A stretch of 63,284 nt of DNA, filler included, from Hyphochytrium catenoides (lineage: Eukaryota; Protista; Hyphochytriomycota): assembly GCA_900088475.1 (NCBI GenBank). It is 11 parts of 11 records of this genome, joined end to end, with 100 filler letters (N's around TTAATTAATTAA, not from the genome) between each part and the next. Parts side by side here need not be neighbours in the genome. Positions count along the whole stretch, not along the records: positions 36,012 to 44,223 come from FLMG01000675.1; positions 44,324 to 45,730 come from FLMG01002707.1; positions 45,831 to 48,062 come from FLMG01000502.1; positions 48,163 to 50,204 come from FLMG01003308.1; positions 50,305 to 53,960 come from FLMG01001147.1; 6 more parts are not named here. One strand, written 5' to 3'. Every line of letters begins with the position of its first letter. The stretch's first letter is position 1. The translations under genes were made by a program, and so were the position numbers. A model generated the notes under the pieces. That model ran no database searches. It had not been told where the DNA came from and saw only the letters and a list, made by a program, of their open reading frames with translations. Of the stretch, positions 36,726-53,019 are shown one piece after another.

Positions 36726-37129
36726 GCCGCGAAGAATAAGAAAGCACGATGACAACAAGGAAATGACTACGAAAGCTTCAACTGCACTTTCTATTGTGTT
36801 ACAGTTGAAGGACCGAATCTTTGAGCGAGGATAGCACATGATTCCGAATAGCTAGCCTCCTTTGGATATATATACCCCGATAAACTCGGCTTTATCAATA
36901 ATGTCAAACATCAAGAAATTGGTTGCATCTTCATTGTCCGAATCCGAAGCTTCAGAAGCTCCAGCCGCAGCGCCAGGCATTCCGTGGTCAGAGCTCCAGA
37001 GACTAGCAGACGGAGACGGCAACAGATGCGAAGAAGGCAAGGAGCTCTTCTTCTTGAGTCAAGCAAGAGGCTATCACTTCTTCCTCCTTGGTTAGAATCT
37101 GCGCAGGGCATACAGCAAATTAAGTGAAT

Positions 37130-40907
<3,778 letters not shown>

Positions 40908-41056
40908 TATCTGTATTAGCTGTGTCAAACCTTATGCAAAAAAATCGGTCTTCAGGAAAATGAATAACGATATAGAAAAAGACGTTGGAAAACAGAGCCT
41001 GTGCACTTCTGTCCTCTTCAAGCAAGCCCTCGATAGCCATGCCACAACCGTCCCCA

Positions 41057-43577
41057 TTACTCTGCCGACGCCAGTTCTGGAGCAGGTTTTGGAAGGTCCT
41101 GAAAGGCAAAAATTACTTAGTGACATGTTCCTGCAGAGGAGACAGCACATCTATATACCATCTCAGCGCTGGCTGGATCGTCTTCCTCCACAGAGGTTGT
41201 AGCCAGTTTGTCAGGAGCCTTATCCTTACTCATCTTTGTCTTCTTTTTGGCGCTTCCACGAGGGAGCTTTGTCACCTCGGACGCCTGATCATAGTGCGAG
41301 AGTGAGAGCTCAGTAGGAGTAACGCTTCCTTAGTGGCAATACCTTTCGCTTTTTTGGGGTGACAGCCTCAGGCTCTCTGCCTTCCTCCTCACCAGGTTCT
41401 AACTCTGCTATTGTCTTAGCATACTTTCCCTTTCTCTTCCCTTCACCCCTATTATCTTCCAAAGTCTCTTCTTCTTGAAGTCCGGCTACGCCACCCTTGC
41501 GTTTCAAGACTGATTGGACTGGCTCATCATCTTCGTCCAGGCCACTCGCGGGGACACCCGTCTCCTCCTCACTCTCGGTGTCCCCTTTAGCTCTCTTTCC
41601 TCGTTTTCCACTTCCGGGTGTCTTGGCTGCGGATTTCTTCGCCGAAGCCTGCGCCAGGAGGAGAATTAATTATTTATCAGTGAACAGTGTATATCTAGGG
41701 CTAAACGTACAACCTAGAGTTGGGAGTGAGAACCGAGGGCTCCAGTTGTGAGATTAACAATCACGGACAGGGATGCATAACTTACACGTTGAGGCCGAGG
41801 GCGAGGATGTTCAAGGAAAGAGATTACTCTCTCCACAAGAGTGGCCTTATCGCCAGTCTTCTCCAGATCAAGCAGTTGGCAGAGATCCTGGTGCGCGGGG
41901 AATAAGGGGAGTTAGTGTATTGTAGGCCTACGTCGCCTCTCTGCGCTAAACACTTTACCTTGAGGATAGGGATCTTCCATTTACGTTCCGTTAGCTTCTC
42001 TACCGCCTTCTCCCTCGGGAAGCTCTACGCATGACAAGTGTCGTTGAGTCCCTTAGATTATCATGGCTTTAGTCTAACAACCGTCTCCCGCCTTACCTCA
42101 GTCCAGACAAAACCCGAGAATTGGCGAATCTCTTTCTTACGCGTGTGTACCTAGATCAGAGTTAGTTGAGCAGAGAATTTTGAGAACGGTGGTTAAGGAA
42201 GAGTGGCCAGGTGGGCCAGTACGGTATGGTCCGTGGAGTACACAGACCTTGCCGGGCTTGTTGAACAGAAACCTGTAAAACCAGACGGGGGATACGAGAG
42301 TGCAGCCAGGGTCCTGTTGAGAAACAGTTTCTACCAAGGAAAGGAGAAGCTGTACGCCCGGCTTACCTGTGCAGCGCCTGCAAGAGGTCATGATTCGCGG
42401 GAATCTTGCTCAGCATATCGTTTACTGGGTGCAAACATTAGCCGACCAGCGAGCGTGGCCTATTCGTTTCTTTTGGACTCACCTGGTTCTATTTCTCCCA
42501 ACGGCACTCCTGCGCCCTGCAATACTCCCAGTTAGTTGCTGCCCCTGTAAGTTCCCCATTGAATCTGGCAGCTAGAAGAAATCTCACCCTTGATTCTATT
42601 GTTGGCGTAGAAACTAGGCTCTTTCTCCTCTGTGACGGCGGGGACGAAGGATCAAACCGAGGTATTTCGTTGCGCACTCTGGTGCTCGAGCGCCTTCCTA
42701 ATGGACCTGGAGAGGAAGCCAACTCAATGCTTGTCTGGCTGTCGATACCAGAGCTTGTCACGGAGACTGAGTCAGGTTTCTTTCCGCGACCTGCTCTTCT
42801 TTGCCCTTCTTCTCCCCCGTTAGGTGACTTAGATCGTTCCTTAACGTGGGGCTCAGGTTCAGCATTCTCAACTTTCGATGCCTCCTGCTCGACGTTTGGC
42901 TTCGCGCCTTCCACTAACACAGCAGGTGCAACCTGATCTTCTGATTCTCTCTCTACTGTAGAATCCGCGATTCCGAAATCTTGTTTCTGCCCATCGTCCG
43001 TACTTCCTGGTGCGAGAGGTGCAAGTGTTACAATTTTTTCAGATTGCTCCACCAGCGGCTGCCTTTCTCCTTCTTCTGTCTGCATTATCCCTTGAGTTTC
43101 TGCAGTGGCGTTTTTTTGGTCACCATGTTGTTGTGCCGAAGCGGGTTGGGCTTCCTCTCGTTTGTTGTCATCCACCTGATGAACAGTCTCCTCAGCAGCT
43201 GCAGCGGGGCCAGCACCCGTTGAAACTTGTTCTTGTGCTTCCTCCGTGGAGTCGATAGCGCTCTGGCCTTGCGACTTCGTTGGCAGTGGTCCAAACTCAA
43301 AAGAAGCTTCACTTTCTTTCTCAGGCGCTTCAAATGCCCCAGTGCCTTCCGCCGTTTGTTCCTTGTCTCTTCCTGCAGGCAGTGCCTCCTGGACTTCATC
43401 CCCTTCCTTTGCATGCAGTTCTTGGTGCTCCTCTTCTGGTTCTGGCAAATCTTCATTCAATGGATGCTCTCTTTTCGACGTTTGTCTACTTTCGACCAGA
43501 GGTTGTGCTTCTTGAGGCTTGTAGGACATCTGCTCGTCAACGGCAGTCGGATCAGCCAGAATGTCCTCTGTGTCCAT
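41057..43577 (-). CDS. DEK: DEK-like chromatin protein (pseudo-SAP plus SAP box) with a long acidic N-terminus; 3' exons tentative
   Basis: Spliced small exons give GAGVPLGEIEP|VNDMLSKIPANHDLLQALH|RFLFNKPGK|VHTRKKEIRQFSGFVWTE|..KWKIPILK|DLCQLLDLEKTGDKATLVERVISFLEHP, which matches the DEK core. Confidence 0.85.
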
Positions 43578-44846
43578 TGTTGCAGCTAAGAGAAAACCGA
43601 CGCGCAAAAGGCTAGGTATAATTCGCAGTATTTCAATGGCCGCTTTCTTTGTGAATATTAATCGGTGCTCCGAAATTCAAAATTGAGCTTTTATAATCTG
43701 CAAATCTGGGCTTCATTCTCGAAGCTCTGGCGCCAAGATTTATTACGTAATTCGGGGCGATCATTCATTTTTCTTCACCTTCCGCTCTGAGGCGAAAAAT
43801 GAGCGATCTTTTGAAAGGGTGTTCGCATCTGAAACACTTGAAGAGTTCTTATTGTTCTGATGTTCCCCGTCAGATCCTGAATTTGACTGACCACTCTTGA
43901 AATGAGGACTTGACCGTGACTGTGATCTACTGTACATGTACAGGCGGTAGCGCTAGTATTGTAAATAAAACATTGCTAGTGCGAAATAATGCCAGCTTTG
44001 GCTACAGTAACAGTTTCGATATCAAAGTCTGTATGGTTATTGGTCATGGTCATCAACCAAGACACACAAACTACGGCCGTACTACTACGACTACAGAGGG
44101 GATGAACAAGCGAGCCATTTTATCCTTGGTTACTCTGTCCATCTGCAGTGTGCCACCATCTAAGGTTGTAGTGTAAAGACGACGTTTGGTTGCAAACCTC
44201 TCTACCTACCCGTCATGGTGGGTNNNNNNNNNNNNNNNNNNNNNNNNNNNNNNNNNNNNNNNNNNNNTTAATTAATTAANNNNNNNNNNNNNNNNNNNNN
44301 NNNNNNNNNNNNNNNNNNNNNNNAGAGGGAGAGAGAGAAGAGGGAGAGAGAGAAGGAGACGAAGAGAACTGTTCCAGCGCTTCTAAAATATCTTCTGGGC
44401 AGATCCTTTATCGAGAAAGAGAGAGATAAAGCAGGGGATAAAATAGAGATTATTGAGTTTTTCACGTAGGGAAGAGAGAGAGAGAAAATGAAGCGGTCAA
44501 GCACACACGCGTACACAGAAAGAGAAAGAGAGCGAGAGAGAAAGAGAGAGGGGGAGAGAGAAAGAGAGGAGAGATGGAGGCAAATTAAGAAAAGGCTGGC
44601 ACCCTAGATGCAGCGAAAAGGATAGGGAGATAAAGAGAGGTGATGATGTATCAGAGACGACAAGAGAGCAAGCTCTACAAATTGATGGAAGGAAAAAGCG
44701 AAACAAGAGAGAGAGAGGGGGTACGGAAGAGAGAGACGGGTGAGGGAAGAGAGAGACGGGTGAGGGAAGAGAGAGACGGGTGAGGGAAGAGAGAGAGAGC
44801 AAGAACGAGAGTATGAGAGAGGGAGCGAGAGAAGCAGGGAGGGCTT

Positions 44847-44998
44847 TTACTTTGTCCATTTTGTTCTGTTCTCTTCCAGTTTCCTACTGTCTCCGTGGGC
44901 GGTGAAGTCAAGCGCAAGGTAATCCACAGGGAGAGGGACCTGGGAAGAGAGAGCCGACAGCACAGGCTTCCAAACCTCCTTGCACAGCCCTAGCACAC

Positions 44999-45031
<33 letters not shown>

Positions 45032-45464
45032 AGAGNNNNNNNNNNNNNNNNNNNNNNNNNNNNNNNNNNNNNNNNNNNTTATAGAGAGTAAAGGGAGAAA
45101 AGACCAACGGGGATGGGAAGATGTGGGGAGGGAGAGGAATAGTGAGAGAGAGCGAGACGGAGAGAAGAGAACATACGAGAAGTGAATGGAAAGCAGACAG
45201 AGATATTAGCGAAAGAGAGCACGGAGAAAGCGAGCGGGGGATGTGAAAGGGAGAGATGGAGACGGTGAGGGAGAGAGAGAAAGAGAGGGACAGAGGATGA
45301 AAGAGGGAGAGGAGAGAGAGAGAGAGAACTGGTGAGAGTGTGCGCTGACCTGTAGCATGAGCGAAGAGGATGAGTGGTCTCTCTTCTTGTCCCTTTCTTG
45401 CCGCCTGCCAGCCGCGAGGGAAGAGAGTTCCGGAGAGGAACGCCACAGGTGACTTGGAAGCCAT
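44847..45464 (-). CDS. Alpha/beta-hydrolase, first two exons (partial)
   Basis: PLILFAHAT|GLCKEVWKPV..YLALDFTAHGDS resembles the HG oxyanion and DxxGHGxS motifs; the gene runs toward the contig end. Confidence 0.8.
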
Positions 45465-45665
45465 GAGACGGAGACAGAAGGGCGAGAGAGCAATAGAGAG
45501 AAAGAGAAAAGGAGAAAGAGAGAGAGAGAGAAAAGAGTTGCAATCGGAGACCAATCAGGGGAGCGAGAGAGGAGATAAGTTGAAGTGCTGCGCAGCGCGA
45601 AGAGATCAGGATCCAAGAGGAAATGGGAGAGTGAGCTCGCACTTTGTAGGTCCCTCTTCTTCCAC

Positions 45666-45710
<45 letters not shown>

Positions 45711-46524
45711 CTGTGTCTCTCTCTCTCCCCNNNNNNNNNNNNNNNNNNNNNNNNNNNNNNNNNNNNNNNNNNNNTTAATTAATTAANNNNNNNNNNNNNN
45801 NNNNNNNNNNNNNNNNNNNNNNNNNNNNNNTCTGCCACTGTCTGTTTCTTCCACTGTCTGTCTCTTCCACTCTCCTTTCGTCCTCGACACATGACCTTCA
45901 TCGCCTCCCCTGACTCTTCAGGGCCATGACCGCTAAGAAGACTTTTTCATGGTCCTCACGCACAGCGAGGGAGGAACTCAATAGATTAGCCTCGTGCACA
46001 AATGTAGAACTACGGAAGGAGCGAGAGAAAACCTCGTTCTGAGGGTCAAACAAGAGTTGCGATGAGAAGTGAAGCTTCAGGGGAGCAGCCACACAGCCTT
46101 GCACGCACGAACTTCTAAGATACCTATGAACTTCATCCCCATAATCCTAGCACTGATCAACGGTCACGGGACACAAGGAGCATGGTTTGGGGCAAACCGA
46201 GAGGAGGTTTGGCCTTGCTACGCTGTTAGACGCTGAGAGAGGTTGACAGGCGAGAGATGGAAGTAAGAAAGGCATGTCTCTCGGGCTGTTGTAGCGTGGC
46301 CGCCGAAGATAACTGCGAAAGAGCCGCAGCAGAAACAACTCTCTACGGAGCTTGCCATCTCTCGTCAGCTCACTCAGAAGCCATTTTGATTGTCTTGAGG
46401 TGCAGGCTTTGGTGAGATAAATCTGGAGCTTCAGCCCTTGTAGAGGTGCAGGTGATGCCCTAAGAAACCCCATTTCTTTCTTCTTACTCCATATCGTCTA
46501 TGGGAGAGAGAGAAAGAGAGAAAT

Positions 46525-46574
<50 letters not shown>

Positions 46575-48675
46575 CAAGAGAGAGAGAGCATGCTGCATGG
46601 TGACTACAGAAGCCAAGGAAGCCCGAAAGGTTTCACAGTCCGAAATAAACGCTATTAACTCCCACACTAACAAGGGAGCACTAACAATAAATGAAATATT
46701 CGCTCTGTATCTTTCATTGCCAGACAGACCAAAAGGCATAGAATTTATAAGGGCCTTCCTAGTAGTTCTACAGTACAGCAGAGGAGAGGACACAGGAAAT
46801 GTTTTACGCTGAGCCCACACAGGAAAGAGAAAGAGAGACGGGCAGGGGAGAGAGACAGTGGAGGAAGAGATGGAGACAGAGAGAGAAGAGGCAGAGAACC
46901 ACTTGGTCGACCATAAAGAGCCTTCTATCTGGAACTCTGTCTCTTTGTGCCTTGTCCTTGGTGTACTTCTCTCTCTTTCCTCTGCACTCTATCTCTCAAA
47001 AACAGCTTCATATACCAGGGAAACTCTCTGCCTCTCACAGACTCTGTCTTGCAGCGGGTTGGTTTGTGGAAAAAGCTCATTGAGTGATTTGAGAACTAAA
47101 CAGTGCTGAGAACAGTGGCCTACATTCAGAATCCATGGGGGATTTTATCTCTAGATTTACGAGTGATTGTTTGATATTCCGGATGCCATCGCACCTGGGG
47201 GGTGGGCATGTGGACATGACAAGAAAGAGGAGAAACTTGGAGAAAAGAAAGCTTCAAAATAGCGGCGCCATGCGTGGCTTCCTTCCCCTGATGAACTCAT
47301 CTCACAACCCAGCGACGAGCTTTAAAGGCCTATTAAAGAATCTGCAGCCGCTCTCCAGAGTCTCAGAGATCCGTCAGAACGCCAACCCAATCTCAAGACC
47401 GTCTTGAGGCACTGACGGGGCTATTGATAAACGCCATCACTTCATGGAACTAAGGTTGGCGTCCTAGGATTGTCCACCTGTTTCCAGGCAATGGAAGGTG
47501 GGCTGTACTCCTGTGTAAACGAGGTTTAGAAGAGAGTCTAGGGCAACGATCCAGCTGAAGGACGAAGCAGATCTACTCTTCTCACAGATCAAAGTCGACC
47601 AGCCCTTCCCCATTACTTGTAGTGGAGGTAGGGCCCATTCATTCCGCCGGATGTTGTCATGTATGCTGGGTAGGGAGCTTGGTAACTGACAACGAGTATT
47701 TAGGAATTATGAGACCAGGTGGTCGCAACTGCCTGGGATCGCAGAGGAGGAAGACCATTTATAAGAACTAGAGATTGCTTGGGTGAGGTCCTGAAGGCCA
47801 ACATGCAGGTGCGGACCTCGGAGAGTTCTGATTAAACTGCTTACCACTGACATTCCACTGATACGTTCACAGACTCCATCCTTGGAGGAGCAGAGGCTGG
47901 CCCTTCTTCGGGAGCGGCGGAAGCAGCAGGAAGCCAATGCGACGAATGGTGGTAAGTGCAGATTGTTAACCATAAATCTGCCAAGTCTTCACAGCTCTGA
48001 CTCGTCGATTTCTGTTTTGTCTCTCTCTCATAGCTACTCAGGGTCCGCGGGGCCGATCGTATNNNNNNNNNNNNNNNNNNNNNNNNNNNNNNNNNNNNNN
48101 NNNNNNTTAATTAATTAANNNNNNNNNNNNNNNNNNNNNNNNNNNNNNNNNNNNNNNNNNNNCTACCTGTGAACAGACAGACAGACAGACAGACAGACGC
48201 GGACGAACAAATCGGAAAAAAATTCTGCGCCGCCTGACGCAAAAACCTAAACAAAAAAGCTTCGCCCTTCGGGCTCGCCAATTAGGTAGAGGCCAAAACG
48301 GAGATCAGTCTTTATCTTAGGTAGAATAACGGAGAGCAGTCTTTGTGTACAACACCGCGAGTATGGAGATTATTATTTAGAACTTGGACTGAATTTAGAA
48401 CAAACCTTAATTCAGAACGATAATATCCGGAGAACCGGAGAACCGGAGATCAATTTTTATGTGGGCAAAGGTGAAAACGGAGAACCAGAGAACGGAGGAG
48501 AACGGGCGGAGAACACTAAGAGTACCGAATTTATGGTTTGATGCTTTTGTCAAACAAGTGGATGTAAATCCTCATGATCATTGTTAATACTAGAATTGTC
48601 AAAAATGTAAAAAGGTAGTCTGTAGCATGTCAACTTCATACCCGAATAAAAATGAAACTGGAGTCTTGGGGGACG

Positions 48676-48790
48676 ACGGAGAACGGCGGAGAACGGCGGA
48701 GAACGGCGGAGAACGGCGGAGAACGGCGGAGAACGGCGGAGAACGACGGAGAACGGCGGAGAACGGCGGAGAACAGGTAGGCGGAGAACA
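48676..48790 (+). repeat. 10-bp minisatellite (GGCGGAGAAC)n
   Basis: About 10 tandem copies, plus dispersed GGAGAAC copies across 48300-48935. Confidence 0.9.
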
Positions 48791-49215
48791 GCAAATTTTT
48801 GGGAAGGTGGTCTCTAAGGATACATTAGACAGCAAGAAAAGACTATATAGTTCTAAATACTGACACCTGACAAGTCACGTGAGAGCAAAAACTGTGGCTA
48901 GCCGTTATTGGTACTTTCCGGAGAACGGAGAATACTTGCCGCATACGAATTATATGGGATGATTGGACGATGTCATTAGATGAGAGTGCTCTACTTATAA
49001 GCCCAACTGGGGTCCCATAAACTAAAGCTATTCTGACTATGCCAACTATTCCTAATAAACCCTAAGATATGGAGCTATAGAGAAATCCCTGTCTAGAATA
49101 GTCAGTCCTGGAGGTATCCTGGGGTACTGACCATAAGCCATAGATATAAACAGGGACATTTCCTTTACTTCATATCTCGGCTTCTACTGGGAGTTTAGAG
49201 CTGAAACTTGGGTAG

Positions 49216-50204
49216 TTAAGGTTGCCAGCTTGTAGGCCACATAGCTGTGCCCTCAGACTCCAACACCTCACCGCAGCTCGAACTCCCTATTGTAAAGGGT
49301 CGAAGCTGAACATTCAACACCTCCCCGCATGCTGTAGACCCGCTAGAAGAGATCACTTGGTTCTTGGGTTTCCATTGCACACATTTCTCGATGTACGATG
49401 AACAGCGAGGTTGGCGAGATGTTGTTTCCTTAGCCTCTTTGATAAACGCGTCGAGATCTCCAGAAAATTCCACATTTTCTGATTGCTTCAGCGCTAGGTA
49501 GAAAGAGTGGAGAATATTGTTTTTAGCGTCAAGCTTTCCTTGATTCGAGGCCTGCGTAATGCTTAATTGTCCTTCATTTGGATCCTTGGGACGTTGATGT
49601 TGGTCGACTCTGTCCGTGCTTCCTCTTCGGAAAGAGATAGTTTAGTTGGTTGTTGAGATGTTTCCTTAGTGATGAGCTGGTTGTGTTCTTCAGTTCTTCT
49701 CAGTATTGCCTTGACTGCTTCACGATAAGAAGTCTTCTTCTTTGATGAAGATAAATCATTCATTTTCTTCAAAGCTTTTGACAGATTCTGCTTAGAGCGT
49801 GATTTCCAGAAAGACGGTGTGTGATGAGCGTTCTGCTCGAGTTCCCAGCATTTTCCGAAGGATGGCTGCCGAGTTCCCAGCATTTCTCCGAAGGATGGCT
49901 GCGACTTCCGCAAAATGGACACTTCGGCCATTGGTCGCGAACTTTAATGTTTGATGATGCAGATGACCCTGGATGAGCCTTGTTCTTGGTCTCGTGATGA
50001 CGGTGATGATGAGATTCCTTTATCGTTTGTTGATGTAAAGTGTATGCTGCAAAGCCTTCTTCTTCATCATAACTCTTGTTAGTAGTGCGCATAATAGCAC
50101 GTCTTCGGTGTTGTTCTCCGATAAGAATATCATCTATGGCACTTGCACATAGTTCCCTCGTTCCACGCACTTGGATGGCTTGAGCAATACCTTCATATGA
50201 GGGT
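49216..50204 (-). mobile_element. Ty1/Copia-like gag relic without visible pol
   Basis: PSYEGIAQAIQ gag-like helix and CCHC knuckle CPFCGSRSHPSEKC followed by WE; frameshifted; two PPT-like/TGTTG junctions downstream. Confidence 0.65.
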
Positions 50205-50304
50205 NNNNNNNNNNNNNNNNNNNNNNNNNNNNNNNNNNNNNNNNNNNNTTAATTAATTAANNNNNNNNNNNNNNNNNNNNNNNNNNNNNNNNNNNNNNNN
50301 NNNN

Positions 50305-51844
50305 AGATTCTGCAAGGGCGAGCCTCTCGGGTAGGCTGTCGATAGCGTATATTCTCCCGGCACCAAGCTCTTTCGCCCCAATAATCGCCATCAATCCGAC
50401 AGGGCCGCACCCCACCACGACATACTAATGAGGTAACGGGAGTAATTTGCGGGAGGACAGTTAACAAGGGATAGTGTGAAACGTTACATCGCGGCATCGC
50501 ATGGTAAGAACTGTAAGAGGACAAGACAGATCGTTTAGGTCGTCAAAGTGCTAGAGGCAGAGGTGCGGAGATTCTTCAGGATCCGGGCGCAGATGCTCTA
50601 AGCAAAAAGAAAAGCCATCACCCTTATTTCAGAAAAAGTGTCAACAGGCGGAAGATTTGGGCGTCTCTGCTACCGACGCAAGGAACAGCGTAGGTAGTAC
50701 TCACCACTCCTTCTGGTCCATCGGTTTCGATGCCTGCGCCTCGCGCACAATGGAATCTGGTGGTTAAGCGGCAGGGTAAGGAGGAGTCAGGAGGCAGTAG
50801 ACATACGGTGCGGCTAGTAGGCGTACCCGGTGGGGAGAATATCTCCTAGAAAGAGAGCCTCCTCTGTCGTCAATTCATCTGGAATTGGAAGAAGAGTGCT
50901 TTCAGCTAGAGGAACCCGGAGAAACTCAGCTTGTGTTCCGTGTAGGCCTTGCCCATTCTCCCTCCAACCAAAGAGCTACAGCTTCCGGTTAACAGCCGGC
51001 AGAGTGGAGCTGAGGAAATGCAATTTCGGATAGCGATCAAGAGATAATGAACAGAAGGGTATAGATTCCAGCAAGGGTGTTGAGCAGCTTAATCACGACT
51101 AGAGGAGAACAGATTGGCTCCAAACGTGGCGACATTGTGCCACGAGCACAAAACCGTGACATCAGTGCGGCTCTTGCTTAGGTGCTTGCGCGGGCATATA
51201 TGGAGGAAGCTAGGATAGTGCAAGGAGAGATAGAAATAATTCGAGGTGTACTTGCAGACTACCTGGCCAGATTCACAGCGGCACGTGAGTCCTCTCTTGC
51301 AATAGAAGCAGTGACCACAGGAGGTAGTAAAGGGAGAAGCAACACGATCTCCGACCTATGGCTTCCAGCAGAACAGTCATTTTGTCAACATAGACATCAT
51401 TTGCCTCATTCACTTCTCTCAGAGTCACTCGCCCTTACCCATTCCTCTCGGAATCTACACCTTTCTGCACTGGTCCCCTTGCACATTGGATAACAGTCAC
51501 CGTGGCTACCTCTTCTAACCTTCTTTCCCACTTTGATGCCAGTCTCTCCTGTGACTTCCTCCTAATCTATGTGCCACCAAACGTGACGCCATTACCTTGA
51601 GCCGAGTGACGCCAGTTCCAAGTTTCCACACCCTGCCGACAAATTCATGGCCCATCACCGTGCCGACCTCCAGTCCCTTTTCTCTCTGTGTGTAAGGATG
51701 GAGATCACTGCCACAGATTCCTGCAGCTTCCACCTTCACGATGCAATCAGATGGAGAGGAGAGTTCAGGGATTGGAAGTTGGTCAACAGAAAGTTGCTCT
51801 TTGCCCCGGAAGCAGAGCCCTTTCATCAATCTTGAAGATGCCAT
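50305..51844 (-). CDS. Zn-dependent medium-chain dehydrogenase (formaldehyde-dehydrogenase-like MDR), 3'-truncated by the contig end
   Basis: GICGSDLH, MGHEFVG, VGDRVASPFTTSCGHCFYCKRGLTCRC, QAEFLRVPLA, GDILPTG, VVGCGPVG, IYAIDSLPERL across GT-AG exons. Confidence 0.92.
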
Positions 51845-53019
51845 CTTCCTCGAACCAGATGATGAGTAGAGCAGTTGTTTAAACGCGTTGCAGAGTATTG
51901 TCGCTGATGCAAGTCCTGCTGGCTGAGAGGCATAGAGGAGCTAGAGAACCTAGAGGTAAGTTAATGGCCGATGATATCAGGATGCGCTAGAGACGAAGAT
52001 GTTGGGACAGAAGAGAGAGACAGATGGAGAGGAGTCCCCCAGCTGGCGCAGCAAAGGGACAGGAAGGATTTCGAAAAGATCAGAACACTCCTCCTATCCT
52101 CACTCACACTATATTGCAATTAAGAGCATCAGAGGTTCCATATAACAGCAGATAACCGGCCATTGATCGAGAATATAGCATCACGTTAAACTGTATACAG
52201 GGTTCTTAAGTTGCCGCCCGATACGCACCTCTCGTACATAGTAGATAGACCTTATTACGTATCTGGCTCGATGGTGCGGCGATTAAAAGGCGCCTTCGAT
52301 AATTTTCTCTAAGATAGGAGCATATTGAGTAGGCGTGGGTCGGTGACAGGAAGCTTCTACATTGACGGACCCGCCACCTCTGGTTGTTGACCTCAACGAC
52401 AGCATGCCCTGGATTGTGGCTGTGAGCCAGTGAAAGACATAAGTCTTGGTCTCGTGGAGTTTCGCTCGCGTTTGATAGAGGCAATCAATCTGTCTTTTTC
52501 CGTGCCAATGCCCTGTTCGCCTGTAGTCAGCTTCACGGTGGTGATATCTGAACGCAGTCTCGTGGTCCCGCTCTTCTCTGTTATTAGATTCTCCAGAAGA
52601 GTTTCAACACGATGGAGGAAGAAGAGGATACCCATCTTCTGTCCCGTATGGAGCATAACGGGGCACTGTGGTGACCATCTCTGGTCATCAGGTCGTCGAG
52701 CCAAATGATAGCGAAGGTGAGGCGCTAACAGATCACATCGCCAGCCGGCGTTCGGGATAATAACGGGAGATGATGGTCGCAGTCAAGATTGCAGCATGAA
52801 CGCACTCCTAGAGCAGTGAGGAGCCCACAAATCATTGGCAAGCAAGCACACCACCCCACGATAGAGGAAGATGATGGGGCGGAGCGGCGGATACTAAAAG
52901 GTGTCTTCTTCGGGGAGAATAGTTTTGAGAACTTATTATTAAGGCCATATTGTATTATAGTAGAGTACCTTCGAGACTGGACTGGCACCCTCGTCACTAC
53001 TATTGAGCCAAACTCTACA

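Noticed and set aside
44725-44795. 20-bp tandem repeat x3 (GGAAGAGAGAGACGGGTGAG)
   Set aside because: No spacers; ordinary slippage inside GA-rich, probably intronic DNA.
45831-48062. Short ORFs and an exon-like piece (EEQRLALLRERRKQQ, about 47873-47951)
   Set aside because: I could not build a consistent gene model or recognise a domain.
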